Source of the DNA: Eledone cirrhosa
Lineage: Eukaryota
Length of the DNA: 64,000 nucleotides
Assembly (NCBI GenBank): GCA_964016885.1
Contig: OZ024742.1
Coordinates: 175,956,001 to 176,020,000, forward strand
Direction: 5' to 3'
Shown here: in pieces, positions 1-13,646 of the stretch
Layout of the letters: the number at the start of each line of letters is the position of its first letter
How positions within the stretch are numbered: the first letter of the stretch is position 1
Program-made: the position numbers and the translations under genes
The notes under the pieces: generated by a model
The model's database searches: none
What the model saw: only the letters and a program-made list of their open reading frames with translations
Told to the model about the DNA's origin: nothing

Positions 1-802
1 ACCCAGTGTACTCTGTAAAGTGGTTGATGTTAGGAACTCAATTCAACCATAGAAACCATGCCACATAATGTTGAGAACACTATATTCACAAAATGTACAT
101 AACTTTTTTAGTGATAGTGCAACAATGAAATGCACCTATTGTACTCTAAAGTGGTTGGTAACAGAAAGGGCCTTCAGTTGTAGTTACTATACCAAAATTA
201 AGACATATGTAAGTCCAATGTTGGTGCCATGCCTGTCTGGGAGAAAAGTAGCAACAAATACAGGGTTAGTCTGTGACAACCCATGCAACCCCCACTAATA
301 TGGAAAAATAAATATAAAAGAATGGTGGTGATGATGATAATGAATGTGATAATATTGAGGAGAAATAAATGAAAGCCATTTTAGCCCCTTAATTTTCCTA
401 GTATAGCTAAATTACTATTTCTTGCAGAAAACCTCTATTGAATAACATTTGAAACACTGACCAGCAGTTCTATTTGTTATAAATACATTCAAATATATTT
501 GCCAATATATTCTAGAAAGCTTAATTAAAGGAGTAATTTATAAAAATCATAGCACTTCATTCTTGAACCTTCACCTCTATCTATACCATTAATTTTTTAA
601 ACCATTAATCAAAGCTATTTTGAGTTGGAGCCAAAAGCTTCTGGACTAATTGACAAGAGTTTTACCTACTTGTCTGTGGTGCTAAACTTTGGCCTTATTC
701 ATGAGCAGACTATTCCAAGAAACACTCACACTCTAGTTCTAATGATTAATGGTTAGTAAATTTTGTTTCATCAACTCTTGTCCCTTCATTAAATGAAGAG
801 TA

Positions 803-925
803 AGGCTGTGTAGCTAAGGAATTTGCTTCCCAAGTATCCAATTTCAGGTTCAATCCCACTCCATTGTACCTTGGATACCTTGAGCAAGTATGTTCAGCTA
901 TAGACATTGGGTATGCCAGTGTCTT
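803..925 (+). mobile_element. Degenerate tRNA-headed SINE fragment (family also at ~10920-11035 -, ~22340-22490 -, ~54310-54465 -, ~63065-63180 +)
   Basis: ggctgtgtagctaagga...caggttcaatcccact...ccttgagcaag: A/B-box-like head and CORE-like segment that recur several times in the window. Confidence 0.55.
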
Positions 926-974
926 GTGTTTGAATTTTTGTAAACTGATACTGTATAGAAACCTGTCATGTGTA

Positions 975-2130
975 CATGTGAGAGAAAGTGTGAGAGAGAG
1001 AAAGTGTGTGTGTGAGAGAGTGTGTGTGTGAGAGAGTGTGTGTGTGAGAGAGAGTGTGTGTGTGAGAGAGAGAGTGTGTGAGAGAGAGAGTGTGTGTGAG
1101 AGAGAGTGTGAGAGAGTGTGTGTGAGGGAGAGTGTGTGTGAGACAGAGAGTGTGTGAGAGAGAGAGAGTGTGTGTGTGTGTGTGAGAGAGAGTGTGTGTG
1201 AGAGAGAGAGTGTGTGTGAGAGAGAGTGTGTGTGAAAGAGAGTGCGTGTGTGAGAGAGAGAGTGTGGGAGAGAGTGTGGGAGAGAGAGAGTGTGGGAGAG
1301 AGTGTGGGAGAGAGAGTGCGTGTGTGTGAGAGAGAGAGTATGTGAGAGAGAGAGAGAGTGTGTGTGAGAGAGAGTGTGTGAGAGAGAGAGTGTGTGTGAG
1401 AGAGAGTGTGTGTGAGAGAGAGTGTGTGAGAGAGAGAGTGTGTGAGAGAGAGTGTGTGAGAGAGAGTGTGTGTGTGTGAGAGAGAGTGTGTGTGTGTGAG
1501 AGAGAGTGTGTGTGAGAGAGAGTGTGTGTGTGAGAGAGAGTGTGTGTGTGAGAGAGAGTGTGTGTGAGAGAGAGAGTGTGTGTGGGAGAGAGAGTGTGTG
1601 TGTGTGTGAGAGAGTGTGTGTGTGAGAGAGAGTGTGTGAGAGAGAGTGTGTGTGAGAGAGAGATAGTGTGTGTGTGTGAGAGAAAGTGTGTGTGAGAGAG
1701 AGTATGTGTGAGAGAGAGTGTGTGTGAGAGAGAGTGCGTGTGTGAGAGAGAGTGTGTGTGAGAGAGAGTGCATGTGTGAGAGAGAGAGAGTGTGGGAGAG
1801 AGTGTGTGAGAGAGAGTGCGTGTGTGTGAGAGAGAGAGTGTGTGTGTGAGAGAGAGTGTGTGAGAGAGAGTGTGTGTGTGAGAGAGTGTGTGAAAGAGAG
1901 CGTGTGAGTATCAATGTGAATGTTACAGCGTGTAAGAGTGTAAGTGTGTGAGAACGCATGCGTGAGTGAGTGTGCATAAGTGTGAGTGCATGAGTATATG
2001 TGTTTGCATACGTGTGTCTGTATGGTTGTGTGTGGGTGTATGTGTGTGTGCATCTGTCTGCAGATGCATTTGCATGTGTGTAAGTATATGCATCTGTGTG
2101 TGCTTGTCTGTACAGCATGTGTGTGTATTT
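975..2130. repeat. Compound (GA)n/(GT)n microsatellite
   Basis: Directly visible alternating gaga/gtgt tracts; the source of the spurious His/Thr/Leu/Ser ORFs. Confidence 0.97.
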
Positions 2131-2899
2131 GCATGTATTTTTGTTTCTTCATGCTTATTGTTTAGCAGTTTGACAAAAATATAAAAGAAATACAAGTAAG
2201 TACTTGGATTGACATGATCGACTAAATCCCCTCAAGACAGTGCCCCAGCATGGCCTCAGTCAAATGATTGAAACTCAGGAAAAGAATAAAAGCATAAAAG
2301 AATAACAATAAAAACAAAGCTTCTATAATTCTGCTGCTTTCTAAGAACATCTTCCAAACAACATTACAAGTATTGAGATCAATATATGAAGCATTAATTG
2401 ATTTAAGAAACAAAAATAGAATTATATTTTATTGTGTGAGAAAACAATGGTAGTAATTTTCTTGAAATTTTGAAAAAGAAACGCATAATTTCTAATAATT
2501 CCTTTTAAAAGGTCACCACGACATGATGTTTTAAACTCTTGGTTTTGTTATAAATCTTTAGCTTTCCCAAAACAAAATAAATGCAGTTGTATGTTTGACT
2601 TGCTATTAATATTTCTATATTTCTAATCAGTCCTACGTTATTTATGATACCAGTATTCAATATACAAGATGTATTAGATATACAAGATGTATTTATTACC
2701 TTATAATATTTCTAAATATTACTCTTAAACTAATTTTAACCTTTTAGCTACTACATTTTTAATGAAAATACTATAAAATGTTTGAATAATCAAGAATTTG
2801 GTGTGATTTAGTATTATAAACTCCATTATTAAGCTGGTATTTGAAATATAACAGAGTTTCTTGCATAAAATTATGATGAAAGTTTTTTTTATTAATATA

Positions 2900-3080
2900 G
2901 ACGCAGTAGAGGTAGACCACGAAAAACATGGGCGGAGGTGGTGAGAGCAGACCTCTGATTGCTGAAACTCACAGAGGAGATGACGAAGGACCATGACAAA
3001 TGGAGAGATGCTGTGCTGAATAGGACCTGTCCAACCCTTGCAAGCAGGGAAGAGCGGACGTAAAATGATGATGATGACAA
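2900..3080 (+). mobile_element. 3' terminal fragment of an RTE-clade LINE
   Basis: Translates RSRGRPRKTWAEVVRADL (RTE C-terminal motif), followed by acccttgcaagcagggaagagcggacgtaaa and an (ATG)n tail. Confidence 0.75.
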
Positions 3081-3584
3081 CGATAGACACTTTAAAACAG
3101 ATATTAGTTTATGAGAAATTAAAAGCTTCATTGAATGAAGATTTGAGTTTGTGTCCAACATATGCTAATGCTTATTTTCTCCTAAAGGGGTTTGTCCTAT
3201 TATTTAAATATTTCTCTATAGTAAAAAAAAAGAAAAAAATGATATATATATATATAAAGCTTTAATTTTCTCATAAATTTCAAATTTCTTCCATTTTTTA
3301 TAAACACAGGTCATTCACTAGATACATTAGTGTTAGAGAACCAGGGGCAGTTTTAATCAGTTTGTTATAAAAAGGTTTAAAACACTGTTGTATCCTATAA
3401 ACAGGGTTGCTTTTAGACTGTTGGGTATCAGAGGGTTAATGCAATTTTTTCAAGATATATCTAATTATTCTTTCAATAAAGGACACTTTTCATGTCTTTT
3501 TCAAACCATAAATAATAAAGATAATATGGTATATGCTAGCAAAATATGTTCTACCTACTATATGTGAAGTACAGCTACAACAGC

Positions 3585-3992
3585 AATGATGGTGGTGGTG
3601 GCAGTGGTAATGATGGCAGTGGTGTTGGCGATGATGATGGTGTTCCAGCGATGACGATAATGGTGCCGGTGATGATGGTGGTAGTGCTGGCGACAGTGGT
3701 GGTGGTGGTATCGGCGAGGGTAGTGGTGGTGGTGGCACCGGCGACGGGGGGGGGGCACCTGCGTGGGTGGTGGTGGTGGCACCAGCAAGGGTGGTGGTGT
3801 TGGCACCGTCGAGGGTGGTGGTGGTGGCTGCAATGATGGTGGTGATGCTGGTGATGATGATGGTGGTGGTGGTGGCGATAGTGGCGCCGGCGATGATGGT
3901 CATGGTGCTGGCAATGGTGGAGATGATGATGATGACGTCAATGGTAATGATGATAGTGGTATCAGTAGTTATGAGGATGTTGACAATGGTGG
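3585..3992. repeat. Degenerate (GGT)n/(GAT)n trinucleotide repeat
   Basis: Visible GGT/GAT triplets that generate poly-Gly/Val/Pro/His ORFs. Confidence 0.9.
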
Positions 3993-6900
3993 CTCAGAGT
4001 TATAAGTTAATATTCCTTCATAAATACTGTCTCAGTTTCAAAATGGGAACACCATTACTTACATCATAAATCACGGGAAAGAATTCATACAATAAACACA
4101 GAATAGTGTGGAATAAACCATTGAATACAGCCCATCTTATATTTCCCAAGTCTTCAATAAATAACATAAACTACAGCATTTGTGTGATAAATCAACAAGC
4201 AACAATTTTATTTTATTTGTTTCAATGAAAAGTAGTATTTTACAAACCACCTACTAATTCAACAACAGAACTAGATATGTCTGCTTTAACATGATGGACC
4301 CAAGACTATTGTCATAAATCAAACCTCATCCAACAAAAGTTATTTCATAGGTTTGTTCATTATTTTATAGGTTTGAAATTAGTAAAATCTCAATGGAGGG
4401 TCCACTTTGTTTTGTTTGGCCTAAAACCTGACTGGCTTTGAACAGTTCAAAGCTTGGTGGTGGTAAAGTCCAGCTGAAATGATGTGGGCCCTCCATTGGT
4501 ATTTTATTAATTACTATAACAATCTAAATATGCATTAAGTACTATCTTGATCTAAGACCTTCTCAGGCTCCATCCTACAAACACTTTATATATTTATAGG
4601 TTTGTTGATTTTTGAATCAAACACACCTTGGGGGTTAAACAACAAAAACGCAACCTGTTTCGACTCAAATGCTTATGGTAGAAAGAGGTACAACACAACC
4701 AGTATTTTAAGGTACTTTTCTCTGTGGAAGCACAGGTTAGCCTTGCAGGGATCCCCATGACAAATTTCTCCATTTTGTCCTATCGTTTGCATCCCTCTCA
4801 TTTCAATCTCCTGGCTTCCATTTCTTCATCTTTAGCCCTGTTTTTCTCTCTTTCTTCCCTTCAACTCCCTATAGTGTTCACTATCATCACTCATCCTCAA
4901 TAGCTGGCCTATTCATCTCATAACATTTCTTTTCACAAAATTCATTACTGGCTCTTTCTTTCTAACTCATTCAATTTCTGCCACCCTCAACACATGACAC
5001 AACCATTACATTACATTTCTTATCACAACATTCATTACTGGTTATATTAGTCTCCACCAGTCACTTTCATCCTTCCTCAATACATGACACAACTTTATTC
5101 ATTTCTCTTCCCAACATTCATCCATGGATCTATTCCTCTAAACACATGACTCAACCACATCATTCCATTTCTCTTCCCAATGTTCATTTCCTCCACACAA
5201 CTCAAGAAACGCTAAGAAGAGGTAAAAGAACAATGTTTCTTTCCTCCTCAAACTAATGAATAATAAAAGAAATAATTTACATGTATAATCCTGCATCAGA
5301 GATGACAAAATGTATGAAAAATATAAATTATATTTTAATGATTTATATTCAAATAATTATAGTCTACCATAATACTTTTGATGCCAAACCACCTGAAAGA
5401 CCCTGATTCAAGGTAACATAATATTGTTTTAATGTGTTTATATCTAAACCCTTCCATCGTAATTTTGTATAAGAACATTAGTGTTCCAAACACCAGCTTC
5501 ATAATGAGAAAGTTGTATTGCTAAATCCCTCCAAAGTTTTGATTATTTTCAAAATTATTAGAAAATCTTAGGTAGTGTTCATTAAAAATATGGTAATGAA
5601 AGGTTAATGTACTGAACTTATTACTATTTTTAGATTTGTAACAACTAACTACATACACTATATTTTACTATCAATGCTCATTGTCTATATTAAACCAGCA
5701 AGTTCTGTTTCTACTATGATAGTTAATTTTGATGAATAGTCAAAAGTACTAACAAATAGCTGTCAAAGGTGGGTGGTCACAAGGTGTGGCTGACTTATAA
5801 ACACCTGCTTTAGTACTGTGGAGAAGAATGTGGAATGCATGGATCTGACCTTAAGATGGGAATTGTAACTGATCCCCACTCTGTAAAATAATAGTGTTGG
5901 TGACACAATGAAATACACAAACCCCCTCTGCTGAGTGGTAGTGTTAGTGCCATGGTAAAATGCACCCAACCCACTCTGTAAAATAGTAGTGTTAGTGCCA
6001 CAATAAAATGCTCCCAGTCTACACTAATGTAAAGTAGTAGTGCTGGTGCCACAATAAAATAGCACCAAGAACACCATTAAATTGTTAGTGTTGATGCCAC
6101 AATAAAATGTTCCCAGTACACATTATAAAGTGATGGGCATTAAAAAGGGCATCTAGTCACAGAATCTATGTCAAAACTGGAATACATGGTCACTGGATCA
6201 GTTTAATTTCAGAATGCAACAACTTGTCAAACCCATTGATCATACTAAATGATTATGAAAATGAATTTAAGCATCGTTTATAGTAATCATGTGAAAATAG
6301 AATCAGAATCTCATATTTCATCAATTTTACTTCATAATCAGCAGGTTCTTGTTTCAGTATCACTGTGGGCATGTTGGGTGTTGTTTACCATAACCTCTAG
6401 TTGACCCAAGCTTTGTGAGTGAAATTGGGTAGTCGAAAACTGTTCAGAAGTCCATCAGATGGGCTGTACCTGTAATTCAAAGGGTTAGCCTTCTCACACA
6501 ATGTGTCATTCTGAATCTCCCTGAGAATTAGGTTAAATGTACACATGTCTATGAAATGCTCAGCCACTAATATGTTAATTTCAGCAACAGGCCATATCAC
6601 TGATAAAACAATAGGAACTCTCATTATCAAAACTGACATAATTTAATTTAACTTTGCCTTTTTTCATTCTAACACATATTCCTTCACCTTGAGCCAACAA
6701 CAGAGAATCTAGATGGTCTGCTCAATCTGCTAGCACTCAAATTAATCTTAAACCACATCTTACCATTTGAAAGAAAGCTAACACCGGACAATGATATCCT
6801 AGGTGTACTAAGACTGGAAAAATATAAAAAGATGGAATGATCACAGTTGGACCACTTTGAACTTAGGTCTGTTTTACTTCGAGGGTAAACAAAATTTTTC

Positions 6901-7696
6901 CATCTTAAACCAACTATTTCAAATTATCGACATGTTTTTTGAAAATATATTACATTATGTTTGGTACAGTGACCTATATATATAGACAGCTGTATATGTC
7001 TCAAGGCTAGGTTCAAACTTCAAACTATTTCATGGTGAGAGATTTCATTCTATAAAATAGAAAATAAATGATGCAAGTCTAACCCTTTTGGTACCAAACT
7101 ACATGAAAGCACACTTGTTTCAAGTACATGAAACTGTTTTAATTCTTAAAATAATGTAATGATTTAGCAGAAAATATATTTTTTTAAATGTTGTACCTTT
7201 ATTAGTCGACAGCATTGGTTACAGTAAACTTAATGTGTATGTGATGCAGCCATAGTTCTTCAAGAACATCTTGCTAATGTTGTTTCATGCAGTACAGGAT
7301 ATAAAGAATTCATATTTTTATATTTATCTAAAAAACTTCTATCATGTTTTTGTAAGAATTGTTGGTAAGTTAAAAATTATATTAAAACCACCAGCTGAAT
7401 GAAAATGTTATATTACTAAATCTCTCTAAATACTTGGTTTTCAAAATCATAGGCAGTCCCATTAGGAATATGGTAATGAAAGGATTAAATTGTTTATATT
7501 TATCTGAAAATCTTTCAACATAATTTTATGTAATATCCTTTAGATCAGTTTAATAATGGGAAATTATAGTTGTATTACTAAATTTCTCCAAATTATTTAA
7601 TTTCAAAATAAGAGTAATTTAGTTTTATTACTAAATTTCTCTAAATTATATTTTCAAAATAATTTGAAAATTATAGGCTGTGTCATTCATTTAAAA

Positions 7697-9445
7697 TCAT
7701 CATCATCATCACTACTCTTTTATGTCCGTTCTTCCACGCTAGCATGGGTTAGACGGGTTGTCCTGGTGTGGGCAGTGTCTGGTGTGCTGACCTTGTCTTG
7801 CTCATACAGGAACTGATTCTGGCTTGATTTCTACAGCTGGATGCCCTTCCTAACATCAACCTCATTTAGAGTGAGTGCTGGGTGCTTTTTTCCGTGGTGC
7901 CTACACGTCCACTTTACAGAGTGGGCTGAGTGCTTTTTTGGCGTGGCACCTCCGTGACCACTTTGCAGTGGGAGGGTGTTGGGGCATATTGTCTATATGC
8001 TTCAGCTTCGGTTTGTACCCGTGGGGGGTCGGGTCTTCTGTATTATTGCATGACGCCAGGGTCACGGTCGTGTGTCATTGCCTTTGAGAGGTGTAATTGG
8101 GTAAGGTCAGCTTTTATCACCTCTTCTTGGGTCTCCCCACTCCACAGTTTCCATTGATCTCTAGTGCTCTGCACCTTTTTATGCAGCTGTCATCCTTCAT
8201 ACGCATCACATGTACATACCAATGCAACCGCCTCTCCTGCACACAGCATTTGATTCCTCTTATGCTCAGTCTCTCTCTCTCTCAATTCATTTATGCTTTG
8301 CTGTTCGCGTATATTACTATTACACATCCATCGGAGCATGCATGCTTTGTTTCTTTCTAATCTACGCAAGTCTTCCACAGACAGCGTCCAGGTCTCACTA
8401 CCATGTAACATTGCTGTTCGTATACACACATCATACATGAGGGAAAAGCCTTTTGCAGCTAGCAGTGGCAGTAGCTCCCTGAACTTCTTCCATCCTGTTC
8501 TTACCCTAGTTATTGTACTTTCCAAATAGCCACCTCTGCTGCTACTTCGGTCACCCAGGTAGCAGAAGCCGTCTACTATTTCTACAGATCCCTCCCAGAG
8601 TTTGGTGGTACTTGTTTCCTGTGGCTATTTGCTGCATGCTGTCCCAGCACAGCTGCTACAGTTGAAGCCTACATTCATATTTAAGCTTCCGGAGATCCCG
8701 CTACATCTCTTGTGTTACCCATTGTTTGCATTTGGTGCAAAGAATGGAGTTCCTACCTACACCTTTCCTATATACTGAGCAAGGCCATTTCCCTGAGGGG
8801 ATCTGGGGTCTGTTTTCTCATCTACTTACAAGGACCTAAGTCTTTGTCAGGTTGACTTTGAGACCCTTTCTTTCTAGTCCCTGCTTCCAAGTTTGGAATT
8901 TCTCTAGTTCTACCATAGATGCAGCTATAAGTGTGAGGTCATCTGAATACAGGAGTTCCCATGGGCATCCGGTCTTAAACTCCCCCGTTATTGCCTGCAG
9001 AACTATAATGAACAGGAGAGGGCTAAGAACAGAGCCCTGGTGCTCACCGACCTGTACACTAAATTCCTTGCTATAGTCATTGCTAATCATAACTTTGCTG
9101 ACTGCTCCCCTATACATGGCTTGTCCAGCTTTCAGAAGCCATTCATCTACTACTAGTTTTCTAAGAGGCTACCAGATTATAGCACGGAGAACTCTGTCAA
9201 AGGTTTTCTCGAGATCGACGAATGCCAGGTAGGGCGGCTTACTTTAAGCTAGATACTTTTCCTGTACCTGCCTCACAAGGAAGAGGGCATCAGTGGTGCC
9301 TCTTCCTGGCACAAACTCAAATTGCATCTTATCTAGTTTCACCTGGTCCATAATCAACTGTGCTATAACTCTTTCTGTTACTTTCATGACCTGGTCCATC
9401 AGCTTTATACATCTATAGTTTCCTCTATCTAGTGCATCACCTTTA
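7697..9445 (-). mobile_element. 5'-truncated, decayed RTE-clade LINE (RT to 3' UTR)
   Basis: ORF 8836-9117 has QGSVLSPLLF...ELLYSDDL (RT motifs B and C); ORF 8190-8525 has RTAMLHGSETW...RMLRWM; (CAT)n tail at ~7697-7710; several frameshifts. Confidence 0.92.
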
Positions 9446-12353
9446 AAATATGGTAATTAAATGTTTAAACACCAGCCTAAGAATCCTATGTAAATATGGG
9501 ATTTTTACATAGATTTAGTGTAGTAAGCATATTCATAATATATGAATTTAGATATACAAACAAAAACTAAGGTTATATAAAGTCTTCCAAGGGACAACGA
9601 TTTCTTACCTATCTAATACAGCTGGAATTTATCTAAACATAAACAATGAAACATGGATGAGCTGAGAAGAACTGAATCTAAGAGGAATCTGATGTAGTGT
9701 CCAAGAGAGAAGACTGTGATGCATGTGAATGAAGATCACCGGGTGATGAAATGCCAGCAGATCAGCGGAAGGAAGTTGCAGTAGTGGAAAACCTGAGCAG
9801 AAGTTGTGAGAGATGATTGCAAACCATTGAAAAGTCCCAACCAGCCTATACAAGCAAGGAAAAGCAGGTGCAAGAAGATGAGAATGATGATGATTATGTT
9901 ACTAAACAAGTGTTTCTAAGAATTCCAAAACTTTACGACTTAAAACATAAAACAGTATTAAAACTTTTAACTAGATATGTTTCTCCTTTTTAATTATATT
10001 ATTTTCAACTTAAATACGATAAGAATTTGTTTCAAAAATTTAATTCCAAAATTAATGATTCTTCTAAACAAAACAAAATAAAAACAGGTTATAATTTACA
10101 TTTCCAACGTTTCTTAATTTATTTCCAAATACTTCCTTTACATTTCCAAAACACCACCACCCTTGTTTAATAAATTACTCTAAAACAAGTTTAAATGGAT
10201 GACCTTGTAAGTTGTTGAAGCCATAAAGGTTAATAAACAATTTGTCTTTTAGTTATAAATATTCTAGAAGCAAAAGCTAAAAGACAAAGCCAAAATATAT
10301 TTAAGAAAAAGAAATTTAAGACGAAGGTGACCTGGAACCTAGTTATTAATATAGATATATAAGTAAATAAAAATATTTTCTTCTAATATTTTCGTCTTAA
10401 ATGAACAAATGTCTTCTCAATTTTAATGACATTTTGGAAAACTATTGAAAAATGTCATTCCTGTAATTGGAGGGGAAAATACAATAAAAGAAAAAATAAT
10501 GCAATTTCAATGTTAGAATTCATATATCCTTTGTTTCAAAACATTAGCTGCTAAATTCAACCAATTCAACATGGCAAAAAGCAAACAGCATTTCAAATGT
10601 CATGTGTACTTGCGCAACATTGATCCTTAAATGTTTCATACATGTTTTAGGATTTCCTTTTCTAAAATTAGTTTATAAATATCTTTTGACTTCAAATTGA
10701 ATAGAAATCAAATTGGAGATTAATTTACAATATGTAATAAGATTTACAACCACATTTACAGTGTAGGCTGGGTGCTTTTTGTTATGACACCAAGACAACC
10801 ACATTACAGTGTGGGCTGGGTGTTTTTTGCAATGTCATGGGCATTATTTGTTGTGTCACCATCACAACCACTTATCAGTGTGGACTATATACATATATAG
10901 ACATTCATACATATATATGATCTTCCAATTTCCATGTGCCAAATTTCACTCATAAGGCATTTCTCAACCTAAGGTTCTAATAAAAGACACTTGCGCATGG
11001 TGCCTCACTTCTTAACCAAACAGTTATGACTGCACCTACCTGTTCAAAATAAATTAGAAAATGAATATATATATTAACCACTAAAAAGTAACAACTTCAA
11101 ATATAGTTGCCTCTCATTCAAGATTATGCTTTGCTAAGAAGATCTTATAAGATAGAAATGTGTCTGGAGTTACAATATTTGCAAAAGATCAAGCTCATTC
11201 CCAATTATATGTCCTAACTAAATTTTTAAAAAATTTGTATTTCTTCACCAGAACATATTAAAGTTAATATTTTGTTTATGAATTTGTGTCAGTTTTCACC
11301 CGGAATGGGTGAAGACGGGTCCAATCTGTAGTTACAGCATCATACACAGAAAACTCCTATGCATGGTAATCGCATATATCTGTCATAAGTAACGTCATTC
11401 AGTCATGATCCCAACAGTGAGCAACATATATGTGCAGGACATATTAGCTAAAGATTCAATTTGACCATGTTAATTCATATATTCAGCTGCTGACCTTGTT
11501 ATTTATGCTACCTTAGGAAGGGCTCTGACACAACAGCAACACGGATGAGTTCACTTGTTAGGTGATGGAGTGTGTGACCAAAACAATGGTTGATTAGAAG
11601 GTGTTTGAGAGAATTGGTCTGGCATCAGCGATGAATTATGGAGCTTGGCACAAAATCTAATGCACAAAGATTTCAAAAACAATCAACCTATTAACATAAC
11701 TAGCAGAAAAACCACCCTTCAGGTGGTTTTCATATGTAGTGTGTATATTTATATTATATGCAAATATACATGCATGTAGATATGATACGTCAAATAAAAT
11801 CACAATTGAGAATATGCACAGAAATTGAAGAGAGACTCTGTTACATTATCTTCTGTAATCAGTAAAGTAATCCATGATACATTTTAAAAAAGACAATATT
11901 ATATATAAACTGAATTATGGCAATATTTTATGAAAATGAAAAAGGAGAAAATTAGTGACAGAAATATAATGATGAAAATATATTAATGTTTACATAATTG
12001 ATATAATAAGTGTTATGAAATGACTGACGCTATCCGGAAGGGTAGACATTTGAAAATTTTGAAAGAAGTGAATCTTAAAATGAGCAATCATTATATATAA
12101 GAATATTTATGTTTAATCAACAGCTACGAAATTTAGTACATAAATAATGTAATATTTATTCATTATTTATTCAAAGTAATCTAACTTATTTTACCAGCGG
12201 GATAAACAAATATATTCAGGACGCAGACCCGCACTCCTCCGTTTATTATATTATGATGATGTATTACATTTCTGGAACCATCTCAGGTGAGATGCTACTA
12301 TCTGAATAGTCAAAGTACAAGATGGTCTCCAATAGGTTTATTATCGAACTCAT

Positions 12354-12686
12354 GGAGGCACATGGCTTAGTGGTTAGAGCCTTGCAATCGAAAGGTTGTG
12401 AGTTCAATTCTCAGACCGGGTGATGTGTTGTTTCCTTGAGCAAGACACTTTATTTCACATTGCTCCAGTTTACTCAGCTGTAGAAATGAGATGATAGGGA
12501 CTGGGGTCCCTATCATTCCACTGCAAAGTGTCGTGGAGATGCCATGGCAAAAAAGCACCCAGCACTCACTGAATATGAGGTTGGTGTTAGGAAGGGCATC
12601 CAGCTGTAGAAATCAAGCCAGAATCAGTTCCCGTCCCACCCTTGCAAGCAGGGAAAAAGCGGACGTAAAATGAAATGATGATGATA
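12354..12686 (+). mobile_element. tRNA-derived CORE-like SINE with RTE-derived 3' end
   Basis: A box tggcttagtgg, B box gagttcaattc, CORE-like ccttgagcaagacacttt...cagctgtagaaatg, and a 3' end matching RTE 3' ends in this window; near-identical copy at 43491-43829. Confidence 0.85.
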
Positions 12687-12699
12687 ACTCCGGAAATAT

Positions 12700-12935
12700 T
12701 TGGCATTCTGAGTCCCTTGACACCCTCCTCCATATTTACTGCAATCAGGATTGAGCGGGCCATCCACAAGCTGCCATTTTCAGCACATATCCTTCACTAT
12801 AACATGAGGCAAAACCCACCTGATGTTTTAGAAAAGACATGAGATGGTAGTGTTGGACTTGCTCTTTCTTACATTCATAATTTTGTTTGCTGGAACTATA
12901 AGACATCATCCATTTGATGTTTTTTAAAGGACACA
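12700..12935 (-). pseudogene. Possible highly decayed Tc1-like transposase fragment
   Basis: tggcccgctcaatcctgat reads WPAQS(P)D with a frameshift, resembling WPAQSPDLNP; weak. Confidence 0.25.
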
Positions 12936-13457
12936 AGATGATAGTGTTACAAATTAATGCATTTTTATATGGTCACTGAGATGTTACTATCTGAATTAGT
13001 ACCAACATCATCTAAGCTCTTACAAATCAGTAATAGAAATAAAATTGTAACATAAAAAATGGCTAAGGTAATATATTGTGTATCTTTTAATTATAAATAT
13101 GTTTATATTTTCCTTTCCTAGATTATATAATTGATTTAGCAATATTTGCTTAATCATTTATACATAATTCTAAAATTTATTAAATACATTAATCGTATTA
13201 ATGGAGTCATTTGAAACAGATACTTTGTACATAATGAAATTATAACTTACTAAACAAATGTAACACATCGAACAATAGTTTCTATATTTATCTGTCATAT
13301 TGTCAGACTTTCTCTACTCATCAAAACTACTTCAGTAAATATTGCATCTAACATGAAAACTGATACAGAAAACAATATAAAATATACACTTATGTAAGAC
13401 CAAAGACAGTTTAAGTATCATTAATACTATTACAGCTTTCATTATTACCATCCTCTG

Positions 13458-13646
13458 ATGGCGTAGGTGAATTGGCAGTATCGGTAGAGGGTCGGACACC
13501 ATGCTTTCCAACATAGTTACATCCCTTTATGGTCTGAGTTCAAATCCCGTCGAGGTTAACTTTATCTTTCATCCTTACGGGGTTGATAAACTAAAGTACC
13601 AGTAATGCACTGGATAATTGCTGGCCTTGTGCCAAAAGTAGAAACA
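13458..13646 (+). mobile_element. SINE with Meta-like central domain, 17-bp target-site duplication
   Basis: B box gagttcaaatcc; ctttcatccttacggggttgataaactaaagtaccag resembles the MetaSINE domain; attattaccatcctctg at 13441-13457 and 13647-13663. Partial copies at ~15440-15532 (-), ~22233-22330 (+), ~47350-47510 (+). Confidence 0.8.

Noticed and set aside
746-2195. 468-aa and 406-aa His/Thr/Leu/Ser-rich ORFs
   Set aside because: Translations of a GA/GT microsatellite that lacks stop codons.
3490-4069. Poly-Pro/Gly/His/Val ORFs
   Set aside because: Trinucleotide repeat open in most frames; no splice or domain evidence.
11290-11680. Slightly GC-richer unique island as a candidate host exon
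   Set aside because: No sustained ORF or recognisable protein motif; small exons cannot be excluded without RNA-seq.
12354-12420. tRNA gene
   Set aside because: A and B boxes are present but there is no convincing cloverleaf, and it continues into a SINE body.
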